Below are positions 49,901 through 62,724 of a stretch of DNA of 64,000 nucleotides, piece after piece. This DNA comes from Macrostomum lignano (taxonomy: Eukaryota). Below the pieces are notes generated by a model. That model made no database searches, was not told the DNA's origin, and was given only the letters and a program-made list of their open reading frames with translations. Where the stretch lies: positions 155,102-219,101 of the forward strand of contig NIVC01001952.1 of the NCBI GenBank assembly GCA_002269645.1, in the 5' to 3' direction. Position 1 is the first letter of the stretch, and each line of letters begins with the position of its first letter. The translations under genes and the position numbers were made by a program.

Positions 49901-52900
49901 CCAGAGTGGGGGAGACAATCCTTATCCAGAGTGGGGGAGACATTCCTTATCCAGAGTGGGGGAGACAGTCCTTATCCAGAGTGGGGGAGACAATCCTTAT
50001 CCAGAGTGGGGGAGACAGTCCTTATCCAGAGTGGGGGCAGACATTCCTTATCCAGAGTGGGGGTAGACAATCCTTATCCAGAGTGGGGGAGACAGTCCTT
50101 ATCCAGAGTGGGGGAGACAGTCCTTATCCAGAGTGGGGGAGACAATCCTTATCCAGAGTGGGGGAGACAGTCCTTATCCAGAGTGGGGGAGACAATCCTT
50201 ATCCAGAGTGGGGGAGACATTCCTTATCCAGAGTGGGGGAGACAGTCCTTATCCAGAGTGGGGGAGACAGTCCTTATCCAGAGTGGGGGAGACAGTCCTT
50301 ATCCAGAGTGGGGGAGACAGTCCTTATCCAGAGTGGGGGAGACAGTCCTTATCCAGAGTGGGGGAGACAGTCCTTATCCAGAGTGGGGGAGACAGTCCTT
50401 ATCCAGAGTGGGGGAGACAGTGTAAGCGAACCTGTCGGTAGCAGAAGAACGGAATCATAACGGTGGCATCGGCCTCGGCTGTGGTTAACGCGGTCGTCCT
50501 GCCGGCAGTAAGTTGCTGCTGCTGTTGCTGCTGGTCGCCTTTGACCCTGTTGATTTCCAATAGCCGGAAGATGAGGCTGAGATGGTAGCGCAGGTTTGGC
50601 ACGCAGGCCGTGTCCAGTGTGCGCAATAACTCATCGTACTGCCGCATTGTGTTGCCATTGCTGACTAGCTCTTGCACCTGTTCGAGGAACTTATTATCTT
50701 TGCCGTTCTTAATTAGCTTCCAGGTGTGCTGCAGCCGGATGTACTGGATTGAGGAGTTCACGAACACGCTGTCCAGTGCGGCCAGGCCAAGGAAGTTGTT
50801 TAACGAACGGAAGTACTTCATGATCTGGGCCGAGTTTGGGTGAGAATGGGGATTGGTTGAAGTCTTTAGAGATACTTAACAGCTTATTAACTGTAATTTA
50901 TTAACAATGTTACTACGAGTATAACTAGAAATACCAGCATAGAAATGACCTGCAAACATACCCACTTAAAATCCCCAATAATGCAGCACAGACTTTACCT
51001 ACCAACACCTGCAAACACATGCTAACACCTATAGACACAGACCAACACCTACAGAGACATACCAACACCTACAGACACATAGCAACACCTGCAGACACGT
51101 ACCAACACCTAGAGACACATACCTACACTTACAGACACATAGCAACACCTACAGACACCTACAGACACATAGCAACACCTACAGACACATACCAACACCT
51201 ACAGACACATACCAACACCTACAGACACATACCAACACATACAGACACATAGCAACACCTACAGACACAATGCAACACCCAGACACATAGCAACACCTAC
51301 AGACACATAGCAACACATACAGATACATAGCAACACCTGCAAACACATACCTACACTTACAGACACATAGCAACACCTACAGACACATACCAACACCGGC
51401 AGACACATACCAACACCTACAGGCACGTACCTACACCTACAGACACATAGCAACACCTACAGACACCTACAGACACATACCAACACCTACAGACACATAG
51501 CAACACATACAGACACATAGCAACACCTGCAAACACATACCTACACTTACAGACACATAGCAACACCTACAGACACATAGCAACACCTGCAGACACGTAC
51601 CAACACCTACAGGCACATACCTACACCTACAGACACATAGCAACACTTACAGACACCTACAGACACATACCAACACCCACAGACACATAGCAACACCTAC
51701 AGACACATAGCAACACATACAGACACATAGCAACACCTACAGACACCTACAGACACATACCAACACCCAGACACATAGCAACACCCAGACACATAGCAAC
51801 ACCCAGACACATAGCAACACCTACAGACACAATTGAATACCTCGTATATCCTCAGCAACACGCAGCGCCTCTCCTCCAGATGATTGGTTTTCAGCACATT
51901 GAGGCAGCACCACCAAGTCAGCCTGTTAGTGTAGCGAATCAAGTTGTGCACATTTGGCGCTCTCAGCTGCTTTTCTTTAGTCTTCATCCAGTCCCAGTGA
52001 CCAGCTCCCAGGGCTCGATACGCATGTACAACGAGAACATGTACAGGGTGATTTGCCGTGCCAATTCCAGAGGATGCAAAGTCATAATGTTGAATTCGCG
52101 CTTGTCTCTGGCCGTGTGCCAAAGCACCTCTGGATAGTCTTCGATGGACTGGACCAGCTCGCGCCTGCCCTCGCCTCGGCTCCTGCGGTCCAGCTGCTTC
52201 AACAGGTTGGGCACCTTGAGTGATTGTTTCAATGAGAGCCGGTGTTACTTTTTCATAAATGGACAATTATAAAATGATCGGCAGTCTTTTCCTCTTACCT
52301 GGAACTTCTTAATATCGTAGAGCTTGTCAACGGACGGGCCGTTGAGAAAGTCGCGCAGGCCATTGACTAATTCTGGGCATTTGCCGAAATCGTGAAAATA
52401 GTTCTCAATCCAGGTGGTCATGACTTTGAGCACGCGTAGCCTAACCTTGCGGCAGTACTTGTCCTGGCAGTGCGAAATGGGGTGGCGTGAGTTAACGTAA
52501 GTGGCTTTTAATGAGTGCTGCGAATGAATATTGTTTGTAAGACCAATCCATTAATCTATTTATGTATCTATCTATCAATGAATTAATCAATCAACTAAAC
52601 AACCAACTAACCAATCAACCAATCAATCAATAAACTAATTAATTAACCAATTGATCAATCAAAAAACAACCAATCAATCAATCAATCAATCAACCAATCA
52701 ATCAATCAGTCAATTAATCAATTAATTAACCAATCAACCAACCAACCAATCAATCAACCAATCGATCAATCAATCAATCAGTCAATTAATCAACTAATTA
52801 ACCAATCAACCAATCAATCAATCAATCAACCAACCAATCAATAAACTAATTAATTAACCAACAAATCAATCAATATATATCTGTCGCATATTGAACAGAC

Positions 52901-55900
52901 ACACCTCGAATTCCCGTTTCCTCAGCTGAGCCTGGGCCACAGACATCATGGAGTCATCAGTTTGAAAATCCACATAGGTGTACTCGGGAAAATTAAAGCG
53001 ACTAATTAGCTTAGTTAGCAGGTGCAGCGGAGTGCAGAAAGATCTGAAAGTCATTAGAAAGACTTTCATCAGCCGGCTGTCAATGTTGCCGCTGTAGTGA
53101 GTCATCCGCTCGATCAGCTTGTTCAGGGTTGCCCGGCGAATCACGTGCGACTCGCTTGAGCTGCTCTCGCTGTTCTCTTCCAGTTCGATCACCTGATCCG
53201 AGTCGGGCTGCCAATACCTGATTGAGGTTTGGGAATTGCACTCGAACCTTTGTTTGCTAACCAATGATTTTAGAGAGAACTGTTGTGTGTCACATGGTCA
53301 GAGATATGCTCTCTATGGTGTGATGATCTAATCACCATGCAGAAGTATGACATGTCCCAGAGATGTTACATGATGCCAGAGATGCTATACGAACCTATAG
53401 ATTTTACATGATCTTGGAGACATGATCCCAGAAATGTTACATGATCCTAGAGATATTACATGATCCTAGAGATGCTACATGATCTCGAAGATATTACATG
53501 AGCCCAGAGATGTTACATGAACCGAGAGATGTTACATGATCCCAGAGATGCTACATGATCTTCGAGACGCTAAAAGAACCCAGAGAATATCCATTATAGC
53601 ACAGAGAACCGATGGATGTGTATGGTGCTGACTAAAAAGATAGAATACAGCTCTTACTCGTAGCCTCGATGATCCTGGGGAAAGTGGATCGCTTCCGCCG
53701 TATCCGTGAGTCCTTTCAGCGATAGATACTCTTCAAACATGCTGCAAAAAATTAGAAATAGTTTCGCTTGTAAATATAAAATAACAACGCTTGGAAGCTA
53801 CTTTAACTACTATTAGTAAAAAAGATAGGACTTTTGTCGGAAAATCAGTAGAAAACACAACAGCAGAAATAGAGCTCACTGATAAGATTGCAGATAAATT
53901 AAAATTAGCATCCATTCTTCCTTATCCAGCAGACTTTTAGTAGCGAAAGTGATTCGCTGTTTGATTGGCGCGGTGCCAACAGTGGCGCCGCCCTCTACAG
54001 TGTCCGGCGAGGGCAGGTACTCGATAGAGAAGGTGTACATCTCTGAAAGGATAAAGGTGAACAAAACTGTTTCTAACGAAATGCGTTTTACTTAAAATGC
54101 TGATCAACAGACGGCTGTGATTAAAAGATTAGCATTATTGAATTAACATGAGAGCAGTTCTCTGACAGGGCGGGCTATGCTCACAGGTAGGGAGAGATTT
54201 CTCAGATCAGAAGGGCGATTTCTCACAGATTAAATGCGACTTCTCACAGATGAGAAGGGCGATTTCTCACCGATAAGAAAGGCGATTTCTCACAATTTAG
54301 AAGGGCGACTTGTCACAGATTAGAAGGGCGATTTCTCACAGATTAGAAGAGCGACTTCTCACAGAGTGAAAGGGCGATTTCTCACAGATTAGAAGGGCGA
54401 CTTCTCACAGAGTGAAAGGGCGATTTCTCACAGATTAGAAGGGCGACTTCTCACAGAGTGAAAGGGCGATTTCTCACAGATTAGAACTTAGAAGGGCGAC
54501 TTCTCACAGAGTAGAAGGGTGATTTCTCACGGATTGGAAGGGTGATTTCTCACGAATAAAGAAGGCACTTTCTCAGGTAATAAGCAGTCTTTCTCACTGA
54601 TTCAGAAGGCGATTTCTCGTGGATTAGAAAGGGTCGTTTTTCGTGAATTAGAAAGGCGATTTCTCAGCAAACAAAAAGGCTATTTCTAACGGAGTATAAT
54701 GGCATTCCAACGGACTGGAAAGGCTGATTTTCAACAGATTGGGCGAGCCAATCTAGCTGATGACGGTCTCAATACGGATAATGGATTTTGCTCATACAGT
54801 AAGCTCTACAATGCCATACGCAGTATTGAATATTCCAACCGAAGGAAGCAACAAGTAGGCGCTAGCGCCAGAAAATATTTTCCAGTCTTTTAGTAGCTAA
54901 CTATTTTTAGAAGCCATTAGAAGACAAAAATATTCACCCGGATGGACAGCAGAGCGCGGAGGCCTGGATGCCAACCCCCTCCCCCCTCCGGAGCCATCTG
55001 GCCAGATAATTCCACTATCTATTTTTTAGTTAAACACAAGTCGCTTCATTAGCAAACAGCCTGGCACACATCTGAGAGGACAGTAAAATACGAGAGAGAG
55101 AGAGAGAGAGAAAGCGGATAGCTTGGACCAAATGGCGGCAGGGGAATTAATTATATCAGGTGAAAAAAATATCTTTGTATATGAATTAACAGAGAAGACG
55201 AAATGAGAGGAGGGATTAAATAAGTTGGGAGAAAAGGAGAGGAGAGGAGAAAGGAGATAAGAGATAGGAGAGAAAAGAGAGGAGATTAGAGAGAAGACAG
55301 CTGAGAAGAGACACAAACTTTGAGCGGGTCGGACAGAGGTCGGATGCATGTGGCCCGCGGGCTGGATTTTGCCGACCCCTGAACTTAACAGAAGGGATGG
55401 CGCGGCCAAGACATGACTGGATGCTTGGGAAGGTAAGGCGAGGCCTATAAATAGATCCAGGCCCTGGCTGTTGACCACGTCAATTCGGACCTGGGACGGC
55501 TGGAGAGGGGAGGGGAGCGGCGGGGAGGTGAAGAGACAGAGTGCGTAGAGATCTCTCTCTCTCTCCTCTACAGAAGAAATCGTAACGCGTCACAGAACTG
55601 GGGGGGGGGTTAACGGACTGACTGACTCAGGCGCAGATACTGTATATTAGTAGACAGACTGACAGACAGAGATTGGCCCCAAATCCAGGGCCCGTTGCCA
55701 ACCCTAGATTCGCCCCCGCAATAGCAGCGGAGAGAGCGAGAGAGACAGAGAGGCTTAAAATCGCGTCAAGTCAAAGGAAGTGTTTTATTTTTTCCATATA
55801 TTATTGTATTCCATATCTGTATTATAACTATCCGACTGATTCGCACGGCTTAACTGCGTGATGCATTAATAATAATCATATTCTTCATGTGCTGAAGAAA

Positions 55901-56088
55901 TTTATTGAGTTTGCTTCAAATGTGCGATAATGTTTGATAAATGTGTGATTCATGTTTACGATTAATGTTAGTAACTTTCGGGTGTCTGTCTGTCTTAGTG
56001 TTTCTGTCTGTCTGTCTGTCTGTCTTAGTGTCTGTCTTAGTGTTTCTGTCTGTCTGTCTGTCTTGGTGTCTGTCTGTCTGTCTGACTG

Positions 56089-56121
<33 letters not shown>

Positions 56122-56124
56122 TAG

Positions 56125-56169
<45 letters not shown>

Positions 56170-56220
56170 TAGTGTCTGTCTGTCTGTCTGTCTGTTTGTT
56201 TGACTGTCTGTCTGTCTGAC

Positions 56221-56292
<72 letters not shown>

Positions 56293-59200
56293 CTGTTTCT
56301 CCTAGGCGCCTCAATTTTACTCAACTTATTTCCCAAAGGAGCTTAATAGCCTAATTCAGCCTGGAATTGTATAATAAATTAATAATGCACAATTCATTAT
56401 TAACATTAGGTAAAGAGAAGGCTAGGTCTGAAAATAAAGCCTTGGATGCAGGAAGTTGCCCCCACAATAGACTTGCATTCATCCCAGCGTCACTTGTTTA
56501 GAAATCAGATTATTACACCATAGTTAATCTATTATTTTCAGCCACAATAGAATTAGTTATATACACAAGTTTGCGCTATGTAAACACACAAACTTAGCCG
56601 TATTAAAATAAAGTCTAGGCAGACGGACGGACGGAACACACCAGGAGGAACGGGGAGACGAAGTACGCACAAAGTTGGTTTATAATTAAAGTGCAGGACC
56701 AGCCGAAATCCAGGCCCAAGCCCAGCGTACACACACCTCCGTCCTCCAATCCAGGGCTCAAGCCCTCCCCTCCCTAGCCGCATGCATGGCGGCTTCAGAG
56801 TTGTGCAAGACTTGCAACGCGCTCCAGACCAAACTGGTTGCGGCTAGGCCAATGGTCATTGATCTCTTCTCTCTCATTTTATCTCACGTCTCCTCTTCCC
56901 CTTTTCACTCTCCTCTCCTCTCTTCTCTCTCTCATATCCTTTTCCCTCTCCTCTCCTCTCTTTGATCTCTTCTCTCACATCTCTTTCCTCTTCTCTCTTA
57001 TATCTTCTTTCTCATCTCATCTCACATCTCCTCTTTCCTCTTCTGTCTTCTCTTTGATCTCCTCTCTCATCTCATCTCACATCTCTTCTTTCTTCTTCTC
57101 TCTCCTTCTGTTTGCTCTCTTCTCTCTCAGCTCATCTCACATCTCCTCTTTCCTCTTCTCTCTCCTCTCCTTTCTTCTCTTTTCTCACATTACATCTCAC
57201 ATCTCTTTCCTCTTCTCTCTCCTCTCCTTTCTTCTCTTTTCTCACATTACATCTCACATCTCTTTCCTCTTCTCTCTCCTCTCCTTTCTTCTCTTTTCTC
57301 ACATTACATCTCACATATCTTTCCTTCTTCTCTCTCCTCTCCTTTCTTCTCTTTTCTCACATTACATCTCACATCTCTTTCCTCTTCTCTCTCCTCTCCT
57401 TTCTTCTCTTTTCTCTCATTACATCTCACATCTCTTTCCTCTTCTCTCTCCTCTCCTTTCTTCTCTTTTCTCTCATTACATCTCACATCTCTCCTTTTCT
57501 CTCTCCTCGCTATTCCCTCGTCACCTGGCCAGCAACCATGAGGTATTTTCTTTATTTGGCCCTTGAGGTAAAAAGTTTTGCTGACCCCAGGGACAGAAAA
57601 ATGATAATAATAACAATAAACAATAGCATTTGTTATTATCAATAGTATCAAATTGTTTACATGCGCCAGCATTGACGTCAACAATTCGTCAGAGCGGCGA
57701 ACAGACGCAAGGAGGGGGGGGGAAGGCTAGTAGCAGACAAGAAAAGCAATGAGCGGTCTCCACAAATGAGGTCGGATTTCTTAGTAACACTTAATAATGT
57801 ATGACTGCTGCTAGCCGGGCGCACACTGACAAGAAACAGGATTCCAGCTGGGTACCAACTCTACGAGTGGCCAACATATGGCTTTTAAAATTACTAACCT
57901 AATAGACAAAGACGCACGTCTAATACCCAAAGTAATAGACTACGAGTAGGACAAACTTCTAATGAAAAACCTAACAGACTAAGACAAACTTCTATATCTA
58001 ACCTAATAGACTAAGAAAAACTTCTAATACCCAACCTACGCTCGTACTAAACTAGAACACACTTCTAATACCCCACCTAATAGACTACGGCAAACTTCCA
58101 ATACGAAACCTAATAGACCAAGACAAACTTCTAATACCCACCTAATAAGCTAAGACAAACTTCTTATATTCAACCTAATAAGCTAAGACAAACTTCTTAT
58201 ATCCAACCTAATAGGCTAAGACAAACTTCTTATATCCAACCTAATAGACTAAGACGCACTTTTAATATCCAACCTAATAGGCTAAGACGCACTTCTAATA
58301 TCCAACCTAATAGGCTAAGACGCACTTCTAATATCCAACCTAATAGGCTAAGACGCACTTCTAATATCCAACCTAATAGGCTAAGACGCACTTCTAATAT
58401 CCAACCTAATAGGCTAAGACGCACTTCTAATATCCAACCTAATAGGCTAAGACGCACTTCTAATATCCAACCTAATAGACTAAGACGCACTTCTAACACA
58501 AAACCTAATAGACTAAGACGCACTTCTAACACAAAACCTAATAGACTGAGACAAACTTCTAGTATGAAACCTAATACGCAAGCTTCCAGCTGGCAATTAG
58601 CCAACACTCCAAGTAGGAAACATTTTTAGCAACAATAATGAATAACCAATGAATCACATATTTTTCAGCAAGATTAAACCTGAGTAAGCTTACATTTTTA
58701 GCAACCCCAGCGTCAATATGAATTCGCGGCGGGTTTGCTAGTAATAAATAAACTGCTAACAAACTCAGTGGCAAAGTTCCAAAGTTCCAAAGGCACAAGG
58801 AGAGGTGGATAGAGATTGGTATGCAAAGATTGCCAACAATTTCTCCGTATCAAACGCATGCACGCGCGCAGACAAGCGACAAGCTAACGGACTGACGCAG
58901 AAAATACGCATTTTTACGCGTCAGCTCCGGTCACACAGTGACAAGACACGCACGCACAGGCCTGTGCGGGTACAGAATCGAGTCAGTACAAGCTAAGCGA
59001 GGGCCTGGCCAGTTAGAAAAAGTTTATAGTCTTAACACCTGGATTATTTAGAAGGCAATGTATTGTAGCAATAGAAAAATAAGTCTATTTGTTGTATGCA
59101 TAAAAGTTAAGTGACAGGGACCAGAACACCAGACAGACAGTTCAGTGACAGGGACCAGATCACCAGACAGACAGTTCAGTGACAGGGATCAGATTACCAG

Positions 59201-62200
59201 ACAGACAGTTCAGTGACAGGGACCAGATCACCAGACAGACAGTTAAGTGACAGGGACCAGATCACCAGACAGACAGTTCAGTGACAGGGACCAGATCACC
59301 AGACAGACAGTTCAGTGACAGGGACCAGATCACCAGACGGACAGTTCAGTGACAGGGACCAGATCACCAGACAGACAGTTAAGTGACAGGGACCAGATCA
59401 CCAGACAGACAGTTCAGTGACAGGGAACAGATCACCAGACAGACAGTTCAGTGACAGGGACCAGATCACCAGACACAGTTCAGTGACAGGGACCAGATCA
59501 CCAGACAGACAGTTAAGTGACAGGGACCAGATCATCAGACAGACAGTTAAGTGACAGGGACCAGATCACCAGACACAGTTCAGTGACAGGGACCAGATCA
59601 CCAGACAGACAGTTCAGTGACAGGGACCAGATCACCAGACAGACAGTTAAGTGACAGGGACCAGATCACCAGACAGACAGTTAAGTGACAGGGACCAGAT
59701 CACCAGACAGACAGTTAAGTGACAGGGACCAGATCACCAGACAGACAGTTCAGTGACAGGGACCAGATCACCAGACAGACAGTTCAGTGACAGGGACCAG
59801 ATCACCAGACGGACAGTTCAGTGACAGGGACCAGATCACCAGACAGACAGTTAAGTGACAGGGACCAGATCACAGACAGACAGTTAAGTGACAGGGACCA
59901 GATCACCAGACAGACAGTTAAGTGACAGGGACCAGATCACCAGACAGACAGTTCAGTGACAGGGACCAGATCACCAGACAGACAGTTCAGTGACAGGGAC
60001 CAGATCACCAGACGGACAGTTCAGTGACAGGGACCAGATCACCAGACAGACAGTTAAGTGACAGGGACCAGATCACCAGACAGACAGTTCAGTGACAGGG
60101 AACAGATCACCAGACAGACAGTTCAGTGACAGGGACCAGATCACCAGACACAGTTCAGTGACAGGGACCAGATCACCAGACAGACAGTTAAGTGACAGGG
60201 ACCAGATCACCAGACAGACAGTTAAGTGACAGGGACCAGATCACCAGACAGACAGTTCAGTGACAGGGAACAGATCACCAGACAGACAGTTCAGTGACAG
60301 GGACCAGATCACCAGACACAGTTCAGTGACAGGGACCAGATCACCAGACAGACAGTTAAGTGACAGGGACCAGATCACCAGACGGACAGTTAAGTGACAG
60401 GGACCAGATCACCAGACGGACAGTTCAGTGACAGGGACCAGATCACCAGACAGACAGTTAAGTGACAGGGACCAGATCACCAGACAGACAGTTAAGTGAC
60501 AGGGACCAGATCACCAGACAGACAGTTCAGTGACAGGGAACAGATCACCAGACAGACAGTTCAGTGACAGGGACCAGATCACCAGACAGACAGTTCAGTG
60601 ACAGGGACCAGATCACCAGACGGACAGTTCAGTGACAGGGACCAGATCACCAGACAGACAGTTAAGTGACAGGGACCAGATCACCAGACAGACAGTTCAG
60701 TGACAGGGAACAGATCACCAGACAGACAGTTCAGTGACAGGGACCAGATCACCAGACACAGTTCAGTGACAGGGACCAGATCACCAGACAGACAGTTAAG
60801 TGACAGGGACCAGATCACCAGACGGACAGTTAAGTGACAGGGACCAGATCACCAGACGGACAGTGACGCAATAATAAAGGACAAGAACACGAACCCTCTT
60901 CTGTGCCTCCAGCCGCGGCAGGCTTGGTCACAGGCTTCGGATGGTCAACCAGCACGAAGCGATGCTGCAGAAGGAACACAACCCGCTTCAATCGATATTC
61001 TTCATTAATACTGCGCAGCGGCAGTGTTTTGCTAGCCTTCATCACAAACAATCGATTATTAAACAGATAGACTCGGCGCTCTTGAAACCGCCGGCCCGTT
61101 CCATCTGGTACAGGGTGCCCTCCTTGTAGAAGATTGTACAGCGCGGCTTGGCCAGATCGAGCTCCGGCGCCGACCGGGTCATTGAGCGCAGCTGGGCGAG
61201 TTTCTTACTGCAGGCCCGGTCCGTGTGCATGGAGTCTGGCGCGCTCATCGATGCGTGAAAGAACAGCCTGGAGGCCAGCGGATTCAACAGCACAGAGCGC
61301 TGCTGCTGGTTAGACATCCGACTGGCCGCACCTGAAGCCGCCGCTGCTGCAACAACAGACGCCGATTCTTCAATGTCGGAGCCGCCAGTCGGACTGACGC
61401 TTAGCGACACGGAGTCGTCGCCGTTGCTACCGACGCCAGGAAGGGAAGCAGGCGAGACGGTCGCTGCTGGCACCGGCCGACGCTCAAACTCGTCAAGTGT
61501 CCGTTTAACCGATGACTAGTGGACACTAGGATGGATCTGGTCTGCACTATAGTGTCCCGATCGTCGCTGCACACCTCAACAGGTAGGGACGATGAGGATC
61601 GACGCCTATCGGCATTATACCCGCTGGTGACTGGACTGCCGCACAAGGATGGCTGCTGCTGGCTAGCCGCATCTGCATCGTCGGCAGACTCTAATTCCGC
61701 TCCACCAGAAGAAGCAGACCTAGCAGTGGACGAGCCGTTTCTACAATGCCACATATTCTTCTCTTGCAACTGTTCAAATCTCTCCAATATCCTGTCGTAG
61801 TACAAGAAGTGATAAACTGGCACTAGCAGCAGTTTCGGCAGCAGATACCGGCAGGCCAGCAGCATCACGGCCCGGAGCTCTTTCGCCCTGCTCCAAGCCG
61901 GCTGGCGAGGCTGAACTCGAAGCGCATGTAGTTGCAGTTGACAGGGAAGTCAGAGTAGCCGTCGAGGAGGCAGCTGATACAGAATCCGACACCTGATGAT
62001 GATGATGATGTGAATAAAAATTGAGATGATTCTGAGCGAAGATCCATCTGCGTCGGAGTTCTTCTTGGAAGCTGCCCCTGCCGCAGGCGGAGGCACGGGG
62101 GCAGGGCAGGAAGACAGAAGGGAATAATAGCTGAGGTGCCCAGCCGCCTGCAGCTCGATCTCCCGGCCGACTGTTTCGAATTTCTCCTTAACCAAACTGT

Positions 62201-62586
62201 TTCCCAACAATTCGAATAGGCGATCGCGGCATTTGACGGACAATACGTCCTGGCGTACTTGGCGTAGCTGTCAAAGTGGCCCTCTTCGGACAGCTCGTAG
62301 AAGCAGTGCCCGATTGGCGGTGCTCAGTAATATTGCGACTATCGTCAAGAGCAACATAGAGAAAGTTTGTACACTCGGTGATGGCTGATAATGCGCTAAA
62401 TATGGTGTCAACATCGGGCGAGCTGGGGCACAGGTCACTAGAGTTGTTTAAACAGCTGGCCAATAATCTGCAGTTGCTGGGCAAATGTTTCCTCAAAGTA
62501 GATTAACTCGTTAATTGCTCGGCGATATTCAGTAGGGAAAGTGGCCATGTAGTCTGTGGCCATGTAGACTCGGCCGGTGCGGATGC
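43599..62586 (-). CDS. Sos: Son of sevenless homologue (DH-PH-REM-CDC25 RasGEF with Pro-rich tail); 5' end possibly beyond the window; about 8 frameshifts
   Basis: Exons 62586-60895, 54042-53880, 53741-53658, 53217-52905, 52463-52299, 52214-51841, 50824-50432, 47556-47034 and 43972-43599, with GT-AG ends and matching phases. SOS-like segments: [26 protein letters not shown], [74 protein letters not shown] motifs. Confidence 0.92.
44615..46470. repeat. 24-bp (CTCCTATAGATACTCTCCCAGACA) then 22-bp (CCCATAGACTTTCCCAGACAGT) minisatellites, SOS last intron
   Basis: Direct inspection; reverse-complement relative of 37935-39055. Confidence 0.96.
47034..47556 (-). CDS. Sos: SOS exon, end of the CDC25 domain
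   Basis: [37 protein letters not shown]. Confidence 0.9.
47818..50420. repeat. 25-bp G-tract minisatellite (CCTTATCCAGAGTGGGGGAGACAGT) filling a SOS intron
   Basis: About 104 copies; a degenerate precursor lies at 47650-47810. Confidence 0.97.
50432..50824 (-). CDS. Sos: SOS exon, CDC25 domain
   Basis: [27 protein letters not shown]. Confidence 0.9.
51000..51830. repeat. ~20-bp minisatellite (ACACCTACAGACACATAGCA)
   Basis: Direct inspection. Confidence 0.93.
51841..52214 (-). CDS. Sos: SOS exon, CDC25 start (one frameshift near 51990)
   Basis: [56 protein letters not shown]; length 374 is not a multiple of 3. Confidence 0.9.
52299..52463 (-). CDS. Sos: SOS exon, REM C-terminus
   Basis: [26 protein letters not shown]. 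Confidence 0.9.
52565..52872. repeat. (AATC)/(AACC) microsatellite
   Basis: Direct inspection. Confidence 0.9.
52905..53217 (-). CDS. Sos: SOS exon, REM domain
   Basis: [42 protein letters not shown]. Confidence 0.92.
53345..53585. repeat. Degenerate ~19-bp repeat (GATGTTACATGATCCCAGA)
   Basis: Direct inspection. Confidence 0.8.
53658..53741 (-). CDS. Sos: SOS exon, PH-REM helical linker
   Basis: [28 protein letters not shown]; phase 2 at both ends, matching neighbours. Confidence 0.8.
53880..54042 (-). CDS. Sos: SOS exon, PH C-terminus
   Basis: [30 protein letters not shown]. Confidence 0.88.
54195..54560. repeat. ~23-bp repeat (AGAAGGGCGATTTCTCACAGATT)
   Basis: Direct inspection. Confidence 0.88.
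55190..55381 (-). mobile_element. Partial hAT MITE (one terminus plus purine-rich interior)
   Basis: Ends in GGCCCGCGGGCTGGATTTTGCCGACCCCTG (minus strand CAGGGGTCGGCAAAA), matching the TIR of 24281-24543; other end not found. Confidence 0.55.
55982..56288. repeat. (TCTG)n with TTAGTGTC interruptions
   Basis: Same interruption as the 33.7-37.2 kb arrays. Confidence 0.92.
56865..57590 (+). mobile_element. Probable hAT MITE relative with an expanded CT-rich interior (57-bp tandem at about 57130-57500) and a right terminus
   Basis: TTTATTTGGCCCTTGAGGTAAAAAGTTTTGCTGACCCCAG resembles TTTATTTGGCCCTTAAAGTAGAAACGTTTGCCAACCCCTG at 24505-24543; left TIR not found. Confidence 0.55.
57890..58575. repeat. 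33-bp minisatellite (TAATATCCAACCTAATAGGCTAAGACGCACTTC) with degenerate left half
   Basis: Direct inspection. Confidence 0.92.
59107..60862. repeat. 34-bp minisatellite (GTGACAGGGACCAGATCACCAGACAGACAGTTCA)
   Basis: About 51 copies, ending about 30 nt from the SOS donor at 60894. Confidence 0.97.
60895..62586 (-). CDS. Sos: SOS large DH + PH N-terminal exon, about 7 frameshifts
   Basis: [72 protein letters not shown], spread over three reading frames. Confidence 0.85.
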
Positions 62587-62724
62587 CTGATTGAGAAGAA
62601 TGTGTCCACTACGATCTGCAGGTGTTGGGGAATCGGGGATGAGGCATGTTTGGCTGCAGAAATTGGCCTCTTTTGCTAACGAACCTCTGTCTATTGTCTG
62701 AAATACTTGCTTAGGACAAGTAGT

